A DNA stretch of 64,000 nucleotides from Octopus vulgaris (lineage: Eukaryota), in the NCBI GenBank assembly GCA_951406725.2, contig OX597823.1, positions 35,898,001-35,962,000 of the forward strand, read 5' to 3'. Both the position numbers and the translations under genes were made by a program. Within the stretch, counting starts at the first letter, position 1, and each line of letters opens with the position of its first letter. Positions 38,224-50,029 of the stretch are shown piece by piece. The notes beneath the pieces are model-generated. The model was not told where the DNA came from. It made no database searches and saw nothing but the letters and a program-made list of their open reading frames with translations.

Positions 38224-39046
38224 TTTGGTGCTACGATAATGTTATCATTTTTTAGCTTTGATTGATCGTGGGGAGACGGCCATCATTGCCGTTACAATTA
38301 TAGTCGTACCATTATAGCAGCCGTAGTCGGCTTATTATTGTTATTATCATCACCATTACCATCACTATCATCATTATCACCACCATTACCATCATCATTA
38401 TCATCATCACCATCACCATCACCACCATCATCATCAATGATATTGTTTTATGTGTAGTCACAGCAGTATCTTATTATTGTTATTTTTGTTTTTTTATCAT
38501 TATCACCATAACAGTAGTGTCTGTCTGTCTCGTTGGCTGGCTTGGTGGTTGGCAGGCTGACTGTCTTCAACGCCAGAGTTCTTGCCTGTCAAATAATACT
38601 TTCATATTTGGTTAACAATAGAGCCGAGGTGAGGTTTGTGTTGATTGAACTATTTGAGTGTGTGTGTGTGTGTGTGTAGATAGATTATCAGCACTATTAC
38701 TATCATTACTATCATCATCACCATCATCACCATCACCATCAGTGATATTTTTTTTATTTTTTTTTTTTTTTTCTTTAGGTGCGGTCCTATCGGTCAAAAA
38801 AAGTTCAGATGTTTACTACTATTAGGCTTAAGAAAAATTAAGGAAGGGCTGTTCTGTATTGTTTGTGAATAGAGAAGTTGTGTTCGACCAGAGAGAATCT
38901 TAGCATCATCATTTATTTTTCCACGTGCGTTTGTGTTATTGCAATAAAAAAAGTGTTTGTATATTTCCTGTAAGGTAATATTGTGGAGGTTGAAGTTGAC
39001 TTTTCTAGAGATGTTTGTATTATTATTATTATTATTATTATCATCG

Positions 39047-39079
<33 letters not shown>

Positions 39080-39082
<3 letters not shown>

Positions 39083-39240
39083 TCACTGCTTGGAATCGAA
39101 CTCGGAATCTTGGGACTAGAAGCCCGCGCTCTTAACCACTACGCCATATGCCCTGATGAAGGCTGGAGGGTATATCAGCCGAAACTTTGTGTTAACAACA
39201 GACAAGATGAGGACAAATATCTGTCAAATGTAAATAATAT
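39080..39240. mobile_element. Rearranged PLE terminal fragment: tRNA-like module (-) fused to hammerhead core (+)
   Basis: tRNA-like sequence 39080-39152 on the minus strand directly abuts CTGATGAAGGCTG..CAGCCGAAAC at 39153-39185. Confidence 0.7.
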
Positions 39241-39456
39241 GAATACAACTAACTATATTAAGAAAAATGTGTATGTGCGTGTATGTGCGTGTGTGTGCGT
39301 TTGTGTGCGTGTGTGTGTGCACGTGCGTATGCATGTGTGAAGTCTGTTTTGTCTCGAGGCGTTAGGTTCATTAGGCTGGAGTTTATTTAGTTTCGATTGC
39401 AATTAACTGACCGAGTACAAGACAACCACTTCTACGGGTTGCCATTCTGTCGCAGG

Positions 39457-39508
<52 letters not shown>

Positions 39509-40159
39509 TTACTTGGAAAAGGATGCGTGGCATTCGATCATATAATAATATAAATAATATATAAATATATGCATATATATACATACATATATGTACATAC
39601 CTACATATATATGTATATATACATACATATATGGGTACAGGACATTAAAAAAACGTTGAACACAATGAGAAACGAAAACATAAAAACAAAAACATAGAAA
39701 AGAATTTTTTTTCAAACAATGAAAAAAAACAGAGAAACAAGACATACAACACAAGGAATATCCCCCTTCTTCAGTTGTCCCTGTTTCGTCTACTCCACGT
39801 TTCGAAGGTAAGGACAAGATGCGACTTCGTTGAAACAATCCTTCCCGCAAAGCAAATTAAATAAGATTTGGGATGTGTGTGTGTAGTAAAAGGAAGAATA
39901 TTATTATCGCCAGATACCGAATTTTTCTAGGTAAAATGCCAAGGCTGGTTCCTTCAGGCGGTGCGTTTTATTGGTAAACTTCCTTTAACTCCCATCCAAA
40001 GTTAGAGTCTGTTTCTTGTCTACTTAGAGTGTAAAGTACAGTATTGATAAGGGGAATGAAGAATTTGAACGTTAAAACTTTGTCTATTTCCAGTTAGCTC
40101 ATTTATTATGAATAGGTGAACGTTTAAACAATAGCTTATTCATTATGAATATGCGGACT

Positions 40160-40778
40160 AAGGCGGCGAGCTGGCAAAAACGTTAGCACGCCGGGCGAAA
40201 TGCTTAGCGGTAGTTCGTCTGCCGCTACGTTCTGAGTTCAAATTCCGCCGAGGTCGGCTTTGCCTTTCATTCTTTCGGAGTCGATTAAATATGTACCAGT
40301 TATGCACTGGAGTCAATATTATCGACTTAATTCGTTTGTCTGTCCTTGTTTGTCCCCTCTGTGTGTAGTCCCTTGTGGGCAGTAAAGAAATAAGAAACGT
40401 TAGCACGCCGGGCGAAATGCTTAGCGGTATTTCGTCTGTCTTCACGTTCTGTGTTCCGCCGAGGTCGACTTTGCCTATCAGCCTTTCGGGGTCGATAAGT
40501 TAAGTACCAGTTGCGTACTGGGATCTATCAAATCGGCTGGCCTCCACCCCAAAAATTTCGGGTCCTGTGTCTATAGTAGAAAAGAAGCGTTAGCATGCTG
40601 GTCGCAATGCTTTGCAGTATTTCGTCTGTTTTTTACGTTCTGAGTCCAAATTCCGCCAAGGTCGACTTCTCCTTTCATCCATTCGGGGTCGATATATTAA
40701 GTACCAGTTGCGTACAATGGTCAATCTAATCGACCCCCTCCCCAAAATTTTCGGGTCATGTACCTAGAGTAGAAAAGA
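40160..40778 (+). mobile_element. Three head-to-tail copies of SINE family B
   Basis: CGTTAGCAC/TG..GCCGAGGTCGACTTTGCC..AAGTACCAG recurs near 40180, 40397 and 40588. Confidence 0.85.
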
Positions 40779-40844
40779 TTATGAATAAGCTAACCAGAAA
40801 TAAACATAGTTTCGGCGCATATGTGTGGTAACGAGCTTGCTTCC

Positions 40845-42611
40845 GGTGTATAGTTTGTCAGTCGAATTCTTGGTTTTGCGAGTAACACACGTGTTCTTTC
40901 TTTTTTGCTGTCTCAGCGCTGTGATGTTTTCCCTCTTGTTTAATGGAGGGGCGTCGGGTGAGGTGTTGCGAAAATTTGAATTATTCTTCTTCAGAATTTG
41001 TGAACTATCCTTCTTCAGACTTGGTGTCGTCTGAGGAGTGTTTGAAGAGGATTGTTGAAGCAATGGAGACAAAGAATTATGCAGAGGCGACGAAAGAAAG
41101 AAGCGAAGATGTAAGACTGGAGGATATAAGCAAATTCTATGAAATGATTAAAAGGGAAGAGGACGAAGTGAAGGTGTTCTCCCGCAAAGAAGTGTTAAAA
41201 GAAAAGAAAACGAGAAAACAATAATTTACAGAATATACTCGGTAGCAGCTAGGAAGATTGAAGTCATGACGACGACTCAAATAGAACAGGCTCTGAAACC
41301 AACCTAGCAAGGAATTTCCTACCTAGCCAGAGGAAAAAAAATTGAAACAGTGGAGGTGCGGTTTCGGGAGGTTGCTACAGTCAGGCTGCATTCAGCAACA
41401 CCGTTGAGAAGTGATGAAGTGGTGCTTCTACCCGTATACCTCGGGAGACGTGCTTCAAGGATTAGGTAGAAGACATACCCCCAGAAGTGGATGTAGCTTG
41501 GCTGGTAGCTGCCACACTGCTAGGCATGGAGGAGAAGGTGGTGGTCCTCCGAGTCCCCAGGGCACCCCGCAGCATCTGGCAAGGACAAAGCCTCAATATG
41601 GTGGTGAAGTCTGCCGTGGAAGATATCGAAAATATGGTAGAGACAATCACTGTCGGAGACGCAACACAGAAAGTGCTATAAATGTGGCCTGAAAGGCCAC
41701 ATTAGAGCGGATTGTCCTCCACTACCTGTGAAAGCTAAGGAGAGACAAGAGAATGAGAAAGTGGCTGGTGATCCACTGCCCGTGGAGGTTGGGGAAAAGG
41801 AGAGTGAAGTGGCTCCACAGACAAAGACCAGTACTAGCGTCGAAGAAGAGGAGATGGACAATGAATGGGAAGTAGTTGGGAGAAAGAAGAGAAAAAAGGC
41901 ACACGCGGTAAAGAATGACCCGCATCCCACACCCATTTTACCCCGACAAACACAAGCACAGAAGAATCCCAAATTTCCCCACCCTCGCCTTTCAAAAACA
42001 TATTGTACAATGGCGAAAATGAAGAACTATATGGCAAAATAGACTTGTGGACAATGCTATAAAAGTGGATGTATCAGGAGTGAAGTGGGTGTCCGAGTAC
42101 ATTCGTTGTGTAGTACAGACACACAATATACGTCGGAATTGAAGGACTATGAGGAAAATCAAGACTATAAGTGGTGGGTCAAGAAACTGGATACCAGCTC
42201 AATGTCGAAACAAGTAAGTTTGCAGGATATATTTTTTTTAAATATAATGTAAACATTCTTCGGAAGGATGGTAATTAGCTGTCGTCAAAAAGGAAAAAAT
42301 AAAGCATTATATAATATATATTTCGTTTTTGGATTTGGTTTGCAAGATTCTTTATGTGAGTTCTTGTGTTAAATTATAAGGCACAAAAAGAAAATGACTC
42401 TCCCTAGACACATTATAAACTAGTTTTTAAAAAAGGTTGTATTAACAGGTTCTATGAAGTCGCTCGGAGGTGGCGGCCGAACGTTTTCATTTCATCTTTC
42501 ATTATATTAATTCATTCTTTCCATTCGTTTTGTTTTGTTGGGTTTTTTTTGTCCCCACCTTGTGCTGTCCCCTCTACGTAAGGCCTTCATGGCCAATTTC
42601 ATAAATAAAGA
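40845..42611 (+). mobile_element. ORF1-only Tx1/L1-like retroelement (HAL1-like architecture) with 11-bp TSD, inserted in a SINE head
   Basis: Decayed ORF1 (VEVRF, LPVYLGRRASRI, PPEVDVAWLV, CYKCGLKGHIRADC at 41674-41715) homologous to 5936-6442. 3' tail TGGCCAAT..AATAAAGA. TSD AGCTTGCTTCC at 40834-40844 and 42612-42622. Confidence 0.8.
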
Positions 42612-42936
42612 AGCTTGCTTCCTAACCACATGGTTCAGGGTTCAGTCCTGCTGCGTAGCACCTTGGGCAAGTGTCTTCTATTGACTCGGGCCGACAAAAG
42701 CTTTGTGAGTGGATTTGGTAGACGGAAATTAAAAGAAGTCCGTCGTATATGTGTGTGTGTGTATGTTTTGTGTCTTTGTTTGTTCCCCCACCACCATCGT
42801 TTGAGAACCGATGTTGGTTTGTTTACGCCCCCGTAACTTAGCAGTTCGATAGAATAAACAGCAGGCTTACAAAGATTTCTTCGACTAAAAAAGCAGTGCT
42901 CCAGCATAGTCACAGTCAATTGACTGAAACAAGTAA
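42612..42936 (+). mobile_element. SINE family C, 3' portion (5' portion at about 40813-40844)
   Basis: Joining across the TSD restores GTGTGGTAA.AGCTTGCTTCC.AACCACATGGTTCAGGGTTCAGTCC. Confidence 0.85.
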
Positions 42937-43003
<67 letters not shown>

Positions 43004-43363
43004 TTTTACTTGTTTCAGTCAATTATCATTATTGTTTTTACGTATTTTCGTATTCTTATTCGTGTTATCATTATTATTTTTACGTATTTTTGTATCCTTA
43101 TTCGTTCCCGTCCTTGTTTTGTATACATTCGAGGCTTTCTTCCAAGGAATCTAATGCGCTTGGCTTAGATTTTCCTTTGGAGTTGGCCAGGTCGGAGCAA
43201 TCTCAAAATTAATCAGCCGAAATTGCGAAGATGATCCGGTTTTTGACTGAAGATCGAAGGCTTCGAATGTCCCGTCCGTTTTTTTTGTATCGTCTTCTAA
43301 ATGTTTTGCGTTCTTGTCCCAGTTTGTGTTTTTTTACATTTATCCTATATATATATATATATA

Positions 43364-43740
43364 TAATGTAAAGTATAGAAGCCATCTTATCATGGCTAAC
43401 CACAAATAGATATAAGTTTTTCTAGAAAAACTTATATCTATTTGCAAAGGAGCCTTCTCTTTCATCGCTACCTGGTGGTTACCGCCCGTTGACGAGGGAC
43501 AACAATCCCGAAACTAGTTCGAGCGTATCACTCAGGCTTGCGAGGAAGGGATGGCCCCCCTTTGCAAATACTCCAAGGACACAGATATTGTGTCGAAAGC
43601 CAGCTTGAGACGAAGATCTCTTGGGGCTATAAAGCTACAGTAACATCCCCTCCCGAATGTGGTTAGCCATGATAAGATGGCTTCTATACTTTACATTATC
43701 GAGCGATTACTGTTTCAATCTCATTCTGAGATTTAATTAT
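43364..43740. mobile_element. PLE/retrozyme-like terminal repeat with inverted partial copy, 42-bp perfect palindrome and hammerhead
   Basis: 43364-43403 is inverted at about 43658-43698. Palindrome 43403-43444. Hammerhead-like core at 43483-43525. Confidence 0.65.
43483..43525 (+). ncRNA. Putative type I hammerhead ribozyme (U3-G8 variant)
   Basis: CGCCCG-TTGACGA-GGGA caacaa TCCC-GAAAC-TA-GTT-CGAGCG; stem I extends to TTTGCAAAGG/CCTTTGCAAA. Confidence 0.6.
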
Positions 43741-44114
43741 GCTATATATATATAGTTCTATATTTAAGAGATGAGGAATAATGTACATTATTTACATCAC
43801 TTGAAAATATGCGAGCAGTAACCAGGAGCTTTTCGCATTTCGCATAAAGCTTTAAATCATCCATAAATAGATGATTTATCTAACAATATCCTTTCCCGAA
43901 ATCATAAGCTATTTTGACATTACGTAATATCAGACAGAGCGGTTTCATGGCCATTACAAATAGTAATGGAGATAAGCTATCATTTTGTCATACCGTTTCA
44001 CCCCTCTCATTACACATTCTTCATTTGTCGTTATCGGTTGTGTTGTCTATTCTACACTTCATATAGTTGCAAACATCTCTTGCGTTCACATTTTTTGCAA
44101 ACTGAATTATTAAG

Positions 44115-44290
44115 AAGCGGTGAACCAGCTTTGCGGCATTTCGTCTGTCCTTACATTCTAAGTTCAAATTCTGCCAATCGACTTTGCCTTTCAATATTTT
44201 GGGGCGCCGTAAATTAAGTACCATTTGAGCATTGGAGTTGATTACATCGACTTTTCATTCCCTAAAATTGCTGGCCTTGTACCAAAATGT
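44115..44290 (+). mobile_element. SINE family B, decayed
   Basis: Homology to 40160-40390. Confidence 0.7.
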
Positions 44291-44659
44291 GGAATCATCA
44301 CTATCATGATTATTATTATTATTGTTATTATTAATACAAGATACAAAGTTATATCTTGAGATCGCTAGTGATAACAATACTCAAAATATATAACAGACTG
44401 GAATTGTAGTGCTCCAAATGAGCTATATTCCACTTGTTAATCTGAGGGGAGGCAATGTGAGCAGCAACTAAAGGAACATTACAAAATTCCCAGCAAGATC
44501 AAACACATACATATATTCATTTATATTTACAGAACAGATATAAAGTCCGACATTTAAAAATATAATAATATATAAAGAAATAAACATCATATAAAATATA
44601 TAAATATATATTATATATATCATATATCATATATATCATCTATCAAGTCACAATAAGGA

Positions 44660-47600
44660 CTTCAGACAGATAATACTTTCCTTAAGATCTGCGCTGTGCC
44701 CAATAAGACTGCTTTTTGCAAGACATCAATCTTGCATAAGATTTCCAGCTGTCTTAAGAAGTTTGAAGTTTCAACGGGATTGAGCCCAACGCTCCGATCA
44801 CCACTGGTATCACTTTTACATTACCCTTTCGCATTCAATACAATCTTGCCCCTTCCACTTTCAATTCGGAGTACTTGGTGCTTTTTCAACCTCTTTACTC
44901 ACAACATTCATGTCATTTGGTATGGCTACATCAATGATCTGACAGTATTTGTCTCTCTTATTCAATATGACAATATCCGGCCGACGGTGTTCGATTACAC
45001 GATCCGTTTGAAAATCATAGTCCCAGATTATCGTTACTTTTCCATCCTCCTGCATAACTTTACATGGCACATGCTCATACCAGTTCTCTGTTACTTCATA
45101 TTGGTATTTACGGCATAAGAACCAGTGAAGCTACACGGCGCTGGAATTCGTTTTGTGCAAGGCTCTCACATCAACTTACCAATTGGGTCACATTTTCCAC
45201 GCTCTTTCCACAGAGTCTTCATTTCTGTGTGTCAGAAGTTTTATATATGTTGCACTTCACTGACTTGGTTTCGAGAGCCTGGTCTTGTGCAGCAATGATC
45301 AGGCTTTCGGTGGTACACTTCAAATCACCTCGCTCAAGTTATGCCCACGATTATGTATTATCCTTAACGTTAGTTGTATTCCTTTCAAATTGTCCCTGCA
45401 TTCTCATTTCAAAAAGGTCTTCTTTTCCCTTCTCAGATCTTTGATTAAAGTCTTCCTTGCCCATCATTTCCTCTGCATTTACACCCATATCTTTCGCGGC
45501 ATATTGTAGCAGGTCTTCATCACTATTTATCAAATACTCGGCAAGCGTTCTCCTTTCATTCTTTATACAATAGTCTATACTAATTAGTCCTCTTACTCTT
45601 TATATACAGTCTGTTTATGTTTGCTTTAGGGTGTAGTACCCCATGCAGCGCCATCAACTTTCTTGTCCTTCTACCCAGTGTTGATATTTCCTCCTTAGTC
45701 CATTTGAGGATGGGTGCACTATATCTGACCACTGCAACTGCCCAGATATTCATCGCGGTAATAAAATTTTTGGCATTCATGTTTGATTTCAACACTATCT
45801 TCACCCTTTTTTGATACGCCTCGCTGACCTTGACTTTCATTTCTCTGTGTAGAATGTCATCCAGCTCCAAAATCCCCAAATATCTATACCCACTATCGTC
45901 GGGTTCACCAAACCTGATGGTAACCGCAGTCCTCTGCAGGGTGTTTTCTTCCCTCTTTTCATATAAGTACTGAGCATTTGGTAATTCCAAATTCCATACT
46001 GATGTCCCTACCATACTTCTTGACTGTCTTGGTTAAGAAATCTATCGGTTTTTCAGATTTCCCACACAATTTCAGGTCATCCATAAACAGAAGATGGTTC
46101 AATGATGGGCCTTTCTTCTCACGTCGGTAACCATCTTAACTTTCCTAAGTGTCATTGTTATGGGTATTAGTGCAATAACAAATAGTAACGGAAAAAACGA
46201 GTCACCTTGAAAGATTCTCCTTTTAATATTAACTTCTCCAAGGAATACATTATTTGAGTACAACTTGGTTTTCCACTCTTTCATGCTATGTATCAGAAAA
46301 TTTATGATGTTGTCAGCAACACCAAACATCTGCAGGCATTCAACTATCCAAGAATGCGGTATCACGTAATATACCTCATCATATAACATGCCTTCTTAAA
46401 GTTAATCCAAGCCATAGACATGTTTGTATGATGTTTTTTTTTTACAATGCCTCAAAACTGTTTAATCAGTGACCAAGTGATCCTTGGTACCCTGAGAACT
46501 CTTCCTACATCCTTTTTGTTCCCTTGGTAGTATTTCTTCCGGTGCCAGGATAGTGTATGTCTTTGCTGCACATATTCCAGTGAGTATCTTCCAGATTATG
46601 TTTAGGCATGCTATGGGACGGTAGTTTCCCACGATATTCCCTTTTCTTCTATGTTTCATTGTAAGCGTTGTCCTCCCAGTCACTATACACGCTGGGACTG
46701 CTCCTTTCAGGACACACTCATTCAATTGAGCTGCTAGTCGTTCATGCACCGAGTGGCATCTCTTCAGCCAGAAGCCATGAATCCCATCTGGTCCGGGGGG
46801 CTTTCCAGCTAGGCACTTTACCCACTCGTTCTTTAACATCTTTAACAATATTCCTTTGTTTCTTTCCTCCTTATAATTCTGTCTTGATAGTTCTTATCCA
46901 CATTGCATCCCTTTTATGCACCACATTGTTTCCCTATAATCTGCTTCAGAACTCCTTGACATCATTAGCAACATTTTCCCCATTGTCTCCTTCTAACGTT
47001 TGGAAGAATTGCTTTGGGTTATTTTTGAACAATCTGTTCTCGCTTGCTTCTTTCTGTTCACAAATCTTCTGATCAGGCTTTTTGCCATGATCTACTATTT
47101 TAACTGCTCTATTACTGCATCAAACCCGTTCTTCCGTATTTTATATTTCTTTAATTTTTCTTGGTCGGTCTTTTTCCTATTTTTCCAGTTTCCTTTTAAC
47201 CATTGCTAAATTTTTCCTAGACATTGTCTTGCTCGCATTATATCCCTTTCAATGCATCGTTTCCACCATGGTTCTTTTGCTCCACCATTTTTTGTTCTCT
47301 GAAGTTGTAATGTCTCCTCAACAAGTAGCGCAATAACCCGGAGAAGATTCCTTGTTTGTGTTATGTCCTCCGACTGGATGAATGGTATGAAAGTATTTAT
47401 CGTTTGTGTTACTTTATTTATCATACTCCTATCTACCCTTCTCATATTCATGAGGACTTTTTCTTCTGGAGCATTCATCAAGTCGGTGAGTCGTCTTTGA
47501 ATTTCAAGCAATTCATTATCTAATTGCTTCATTTCCCCTGTATGTCCACCTACCAAAGTATCAAGGTTCACTGTATAACGTTCCTGCTCCTCATCCTTAA

Positions 47601-48200
47601 CAGCCTCAAGACCATTTCCCTGTTCCTCCTGTCTACTCTTCTCTCTGTTTTCAACTCCAACCATCCTTTGTAACTCATCCGCAAGGTCTCTCAGGCTCTC
47701 ACTAATCAGAGATATTTCTACTCCAGTTAAGTATCCCTTTCTCCTAATTACTCTCGCTTGATTCATTAGTTTATTTTCTGACATTGGACACATGTCCTTT
47801 TCCATCCAAAATTTCAAGGTACATCGGCCTGGTCCGCAACTCTTTTCCAGCTTTGCTCTTTCATGACATTCAATAAGTGTATCGTACTCTTCCTTCGTCC
47901 GCTAATGTCTGTTTTTGCGCACACCGTGTATGTGATCTTTTGTGACATAACGACCGCCCGAAGCCAGATCACTGCCCCTGATGTAGGCGGTTTCGGACGT
48001 GCCTGGCGGGAAACCTTCACCATGATCGGCTTTAATTCTTTCATTGTTGTGTTGCATCATGATTTCATGTGTCGTTCGTGGGTTCCCACGGGAGTTGTTA
48101 TTGAGATCCCATTTGTAAAGGGAACTGGTTGCTTCTTTACACTTTTGGGGTGCAACTTGGGTGCAACACAATTTCCTTTCTTTTTGTTTCTAGAAACTAC
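44660..48200 (-). mobile_element. Old, heavily mutated near full-length RLE-type (Dong/R4-like) LINE
   Basis: Collinear fragments: ENKLMNQARVI, PWWKRCIE, PGPDGIHGFWLK, NYRPIACL, IFQGDS, LFMDDLKL, YRYLGILE, LHPKANINRLY, WD..QTDRVIEHRRPDIV; many stops and frameshifts. Confidence 0.88.
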
Positions 48201-49339
48201 CAGTCAGGAACGAAAAGCAAGTTTAAAAATATATATAATTCTTTATTTTCTTGGTTCAACAATGAAACACGATGGTATGCTGGTATCCACCTAGTTCAAC
48301 GCAGCAAGGCTGAATTCAAACGTTTGTAAGCTTTACAACAATTCAGCAGCAGTGGAACAGGTTAAATCCTAAGCGTCTGGGACAGGAGAATAGGCTGATC
48401 ACAGGTTTCAAAATATACGTCCTTTCCCTTCTATCGCCGTGTCTCAAGTCCCCGATGCTATTAAGGAACGCTATGGAATTTATTCTTCAGTCTCTAGCGC
48501 ATGTGCATGAGGGAACTTCCTTATGCCTTTCCAGAAGGTTCCAGAAGATTCCAACCCCACACACGCACACTGAAGAAGGACTTTCCGCACACGCACACTG
48601 AAGAATGACGTTGCGTGTGCGCACACTGGAACATGACGTCACTACACATTTCTCTCTTCCTCTCTTTATTAGTATATACACGTGCACATGTATGTACATA
48701 CGCATATATATAAATAACGTGCTTGCATTGAGTCGCCTCCATAAACACAATGATTATCATTATCACCATCGTTCTACATATAGCATTTAAAAACATCAAT
48801 AATAATATGGATCCTGATATATTGCAGCAGATCTTCGTTAGTAATTATCAACTACTTGGCAAGCGTTCTCCTTTCCCTCTTTGTACAATGGTCTATACTA
48901 ACCAGTCCTCTGCCACCATTCTTTCTTTTCAAATACAGTCTGTTTACGTTTGCAGTTAACACTTAATACTATCTTTTGCGCTCCCTGCATGAATAGCAAT
49001 CCAGGGATCATTCTCAACTAATTTTTAATTCGTTTACTGGTCATTTCAAGTGCTCCCACAATCACTGGTATTGTAACCATCTTAAGAGTAGGAGAAAGAG
49101 AAGCAGCTTGGTGAATAGACGAAATTCTACAGGTTTTGTAAATACATTCGGCAGATGGTCAGGAGATCAGCTGTGGGCGTTCCTGTGCGATAACGAGACA
49201 AAATAGGCCCCACACCCTTGAGGTCAGCAGAGATCAAATGCGTTTACTAGTACTAGCGATCTCGAAAAGAACCAGTTCACCTTGTTCTATTTATAATTAC
49301 TGATAGTAAAAACGATTGTGCGTGTGTTTGTGTGCGCGC

Positions 49340-49416
<77 letters not shown>

Positions 49417-49820
49417 CTGATGTTCATATCGTTGAATTTTTAATTTCTGATTTTTTAAAAAACTTTAATATCTACGATTTTCTGTGAAAATTTTACCCTC
49501 TTTTTCTTTTCTTTCCTTTCTCCTTGGGTACTCGAAAATGTAAACATCATTTTTATTGCAAAAACACTACAGTCGTCTCTGATCGAATCTCTAGAAAATT
49601 TTAAAACTTTAATATCTACAATTTTATCTTTCTTTTCTCCCTGACTACCCGCATATGTACACATACCTTTTATTGCAACAACACAATTTAATGCACGATA
49701 AAAAGAAATTAATGAGATAAGCACCTGTCAATATATATAAACTGTACAATTGCAAAACTGTAAACCACAGCAAAACTTATAAACATAAAAGAAAAAACAT
49801 TTAAACTATTATTATTTTTA

Positions 49821-49880
<60 letters not shown>

Positions 49881-49920
49881 ATTATTATTATCATTATTAT
49901 TATTATTATTATTATTGTTG

Positions 49921-49951
<31 letters not shown>

Positions 49952-50029
49952 CATTATTATTATTATTATTATTATTGTTGTTCTTATTATTATTATTATT
50001 ATTATTATTATCATTATTATTATTATTAT

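Larger units (their letters stand above)
34360..38332 (-). mobile_element. Near full-length Dong/R4-clade non-LTR retrotransposon (Myb-like N-terminus, RT, CCHC finger, restriction-like endonuclease)
   Basis: ORFs 38223-37039 and 36963-34534 share a frame. KSPGKD, NYRPITCL, WIDYKKAFDS, GIFQGDSLSP, YMDD, CRFC..DHLISGC, KPD..D..K motifs. Short A tail then (TAA)n. Confidence 0.93.

Noticed and set aside
38225-38335. HDV-like ribozyme at the 5' end of the Dong/R4-like element
   Set aside because: Small hairpins are present, but I could not build the nested double pseudoknot by eye; needs a motif search.
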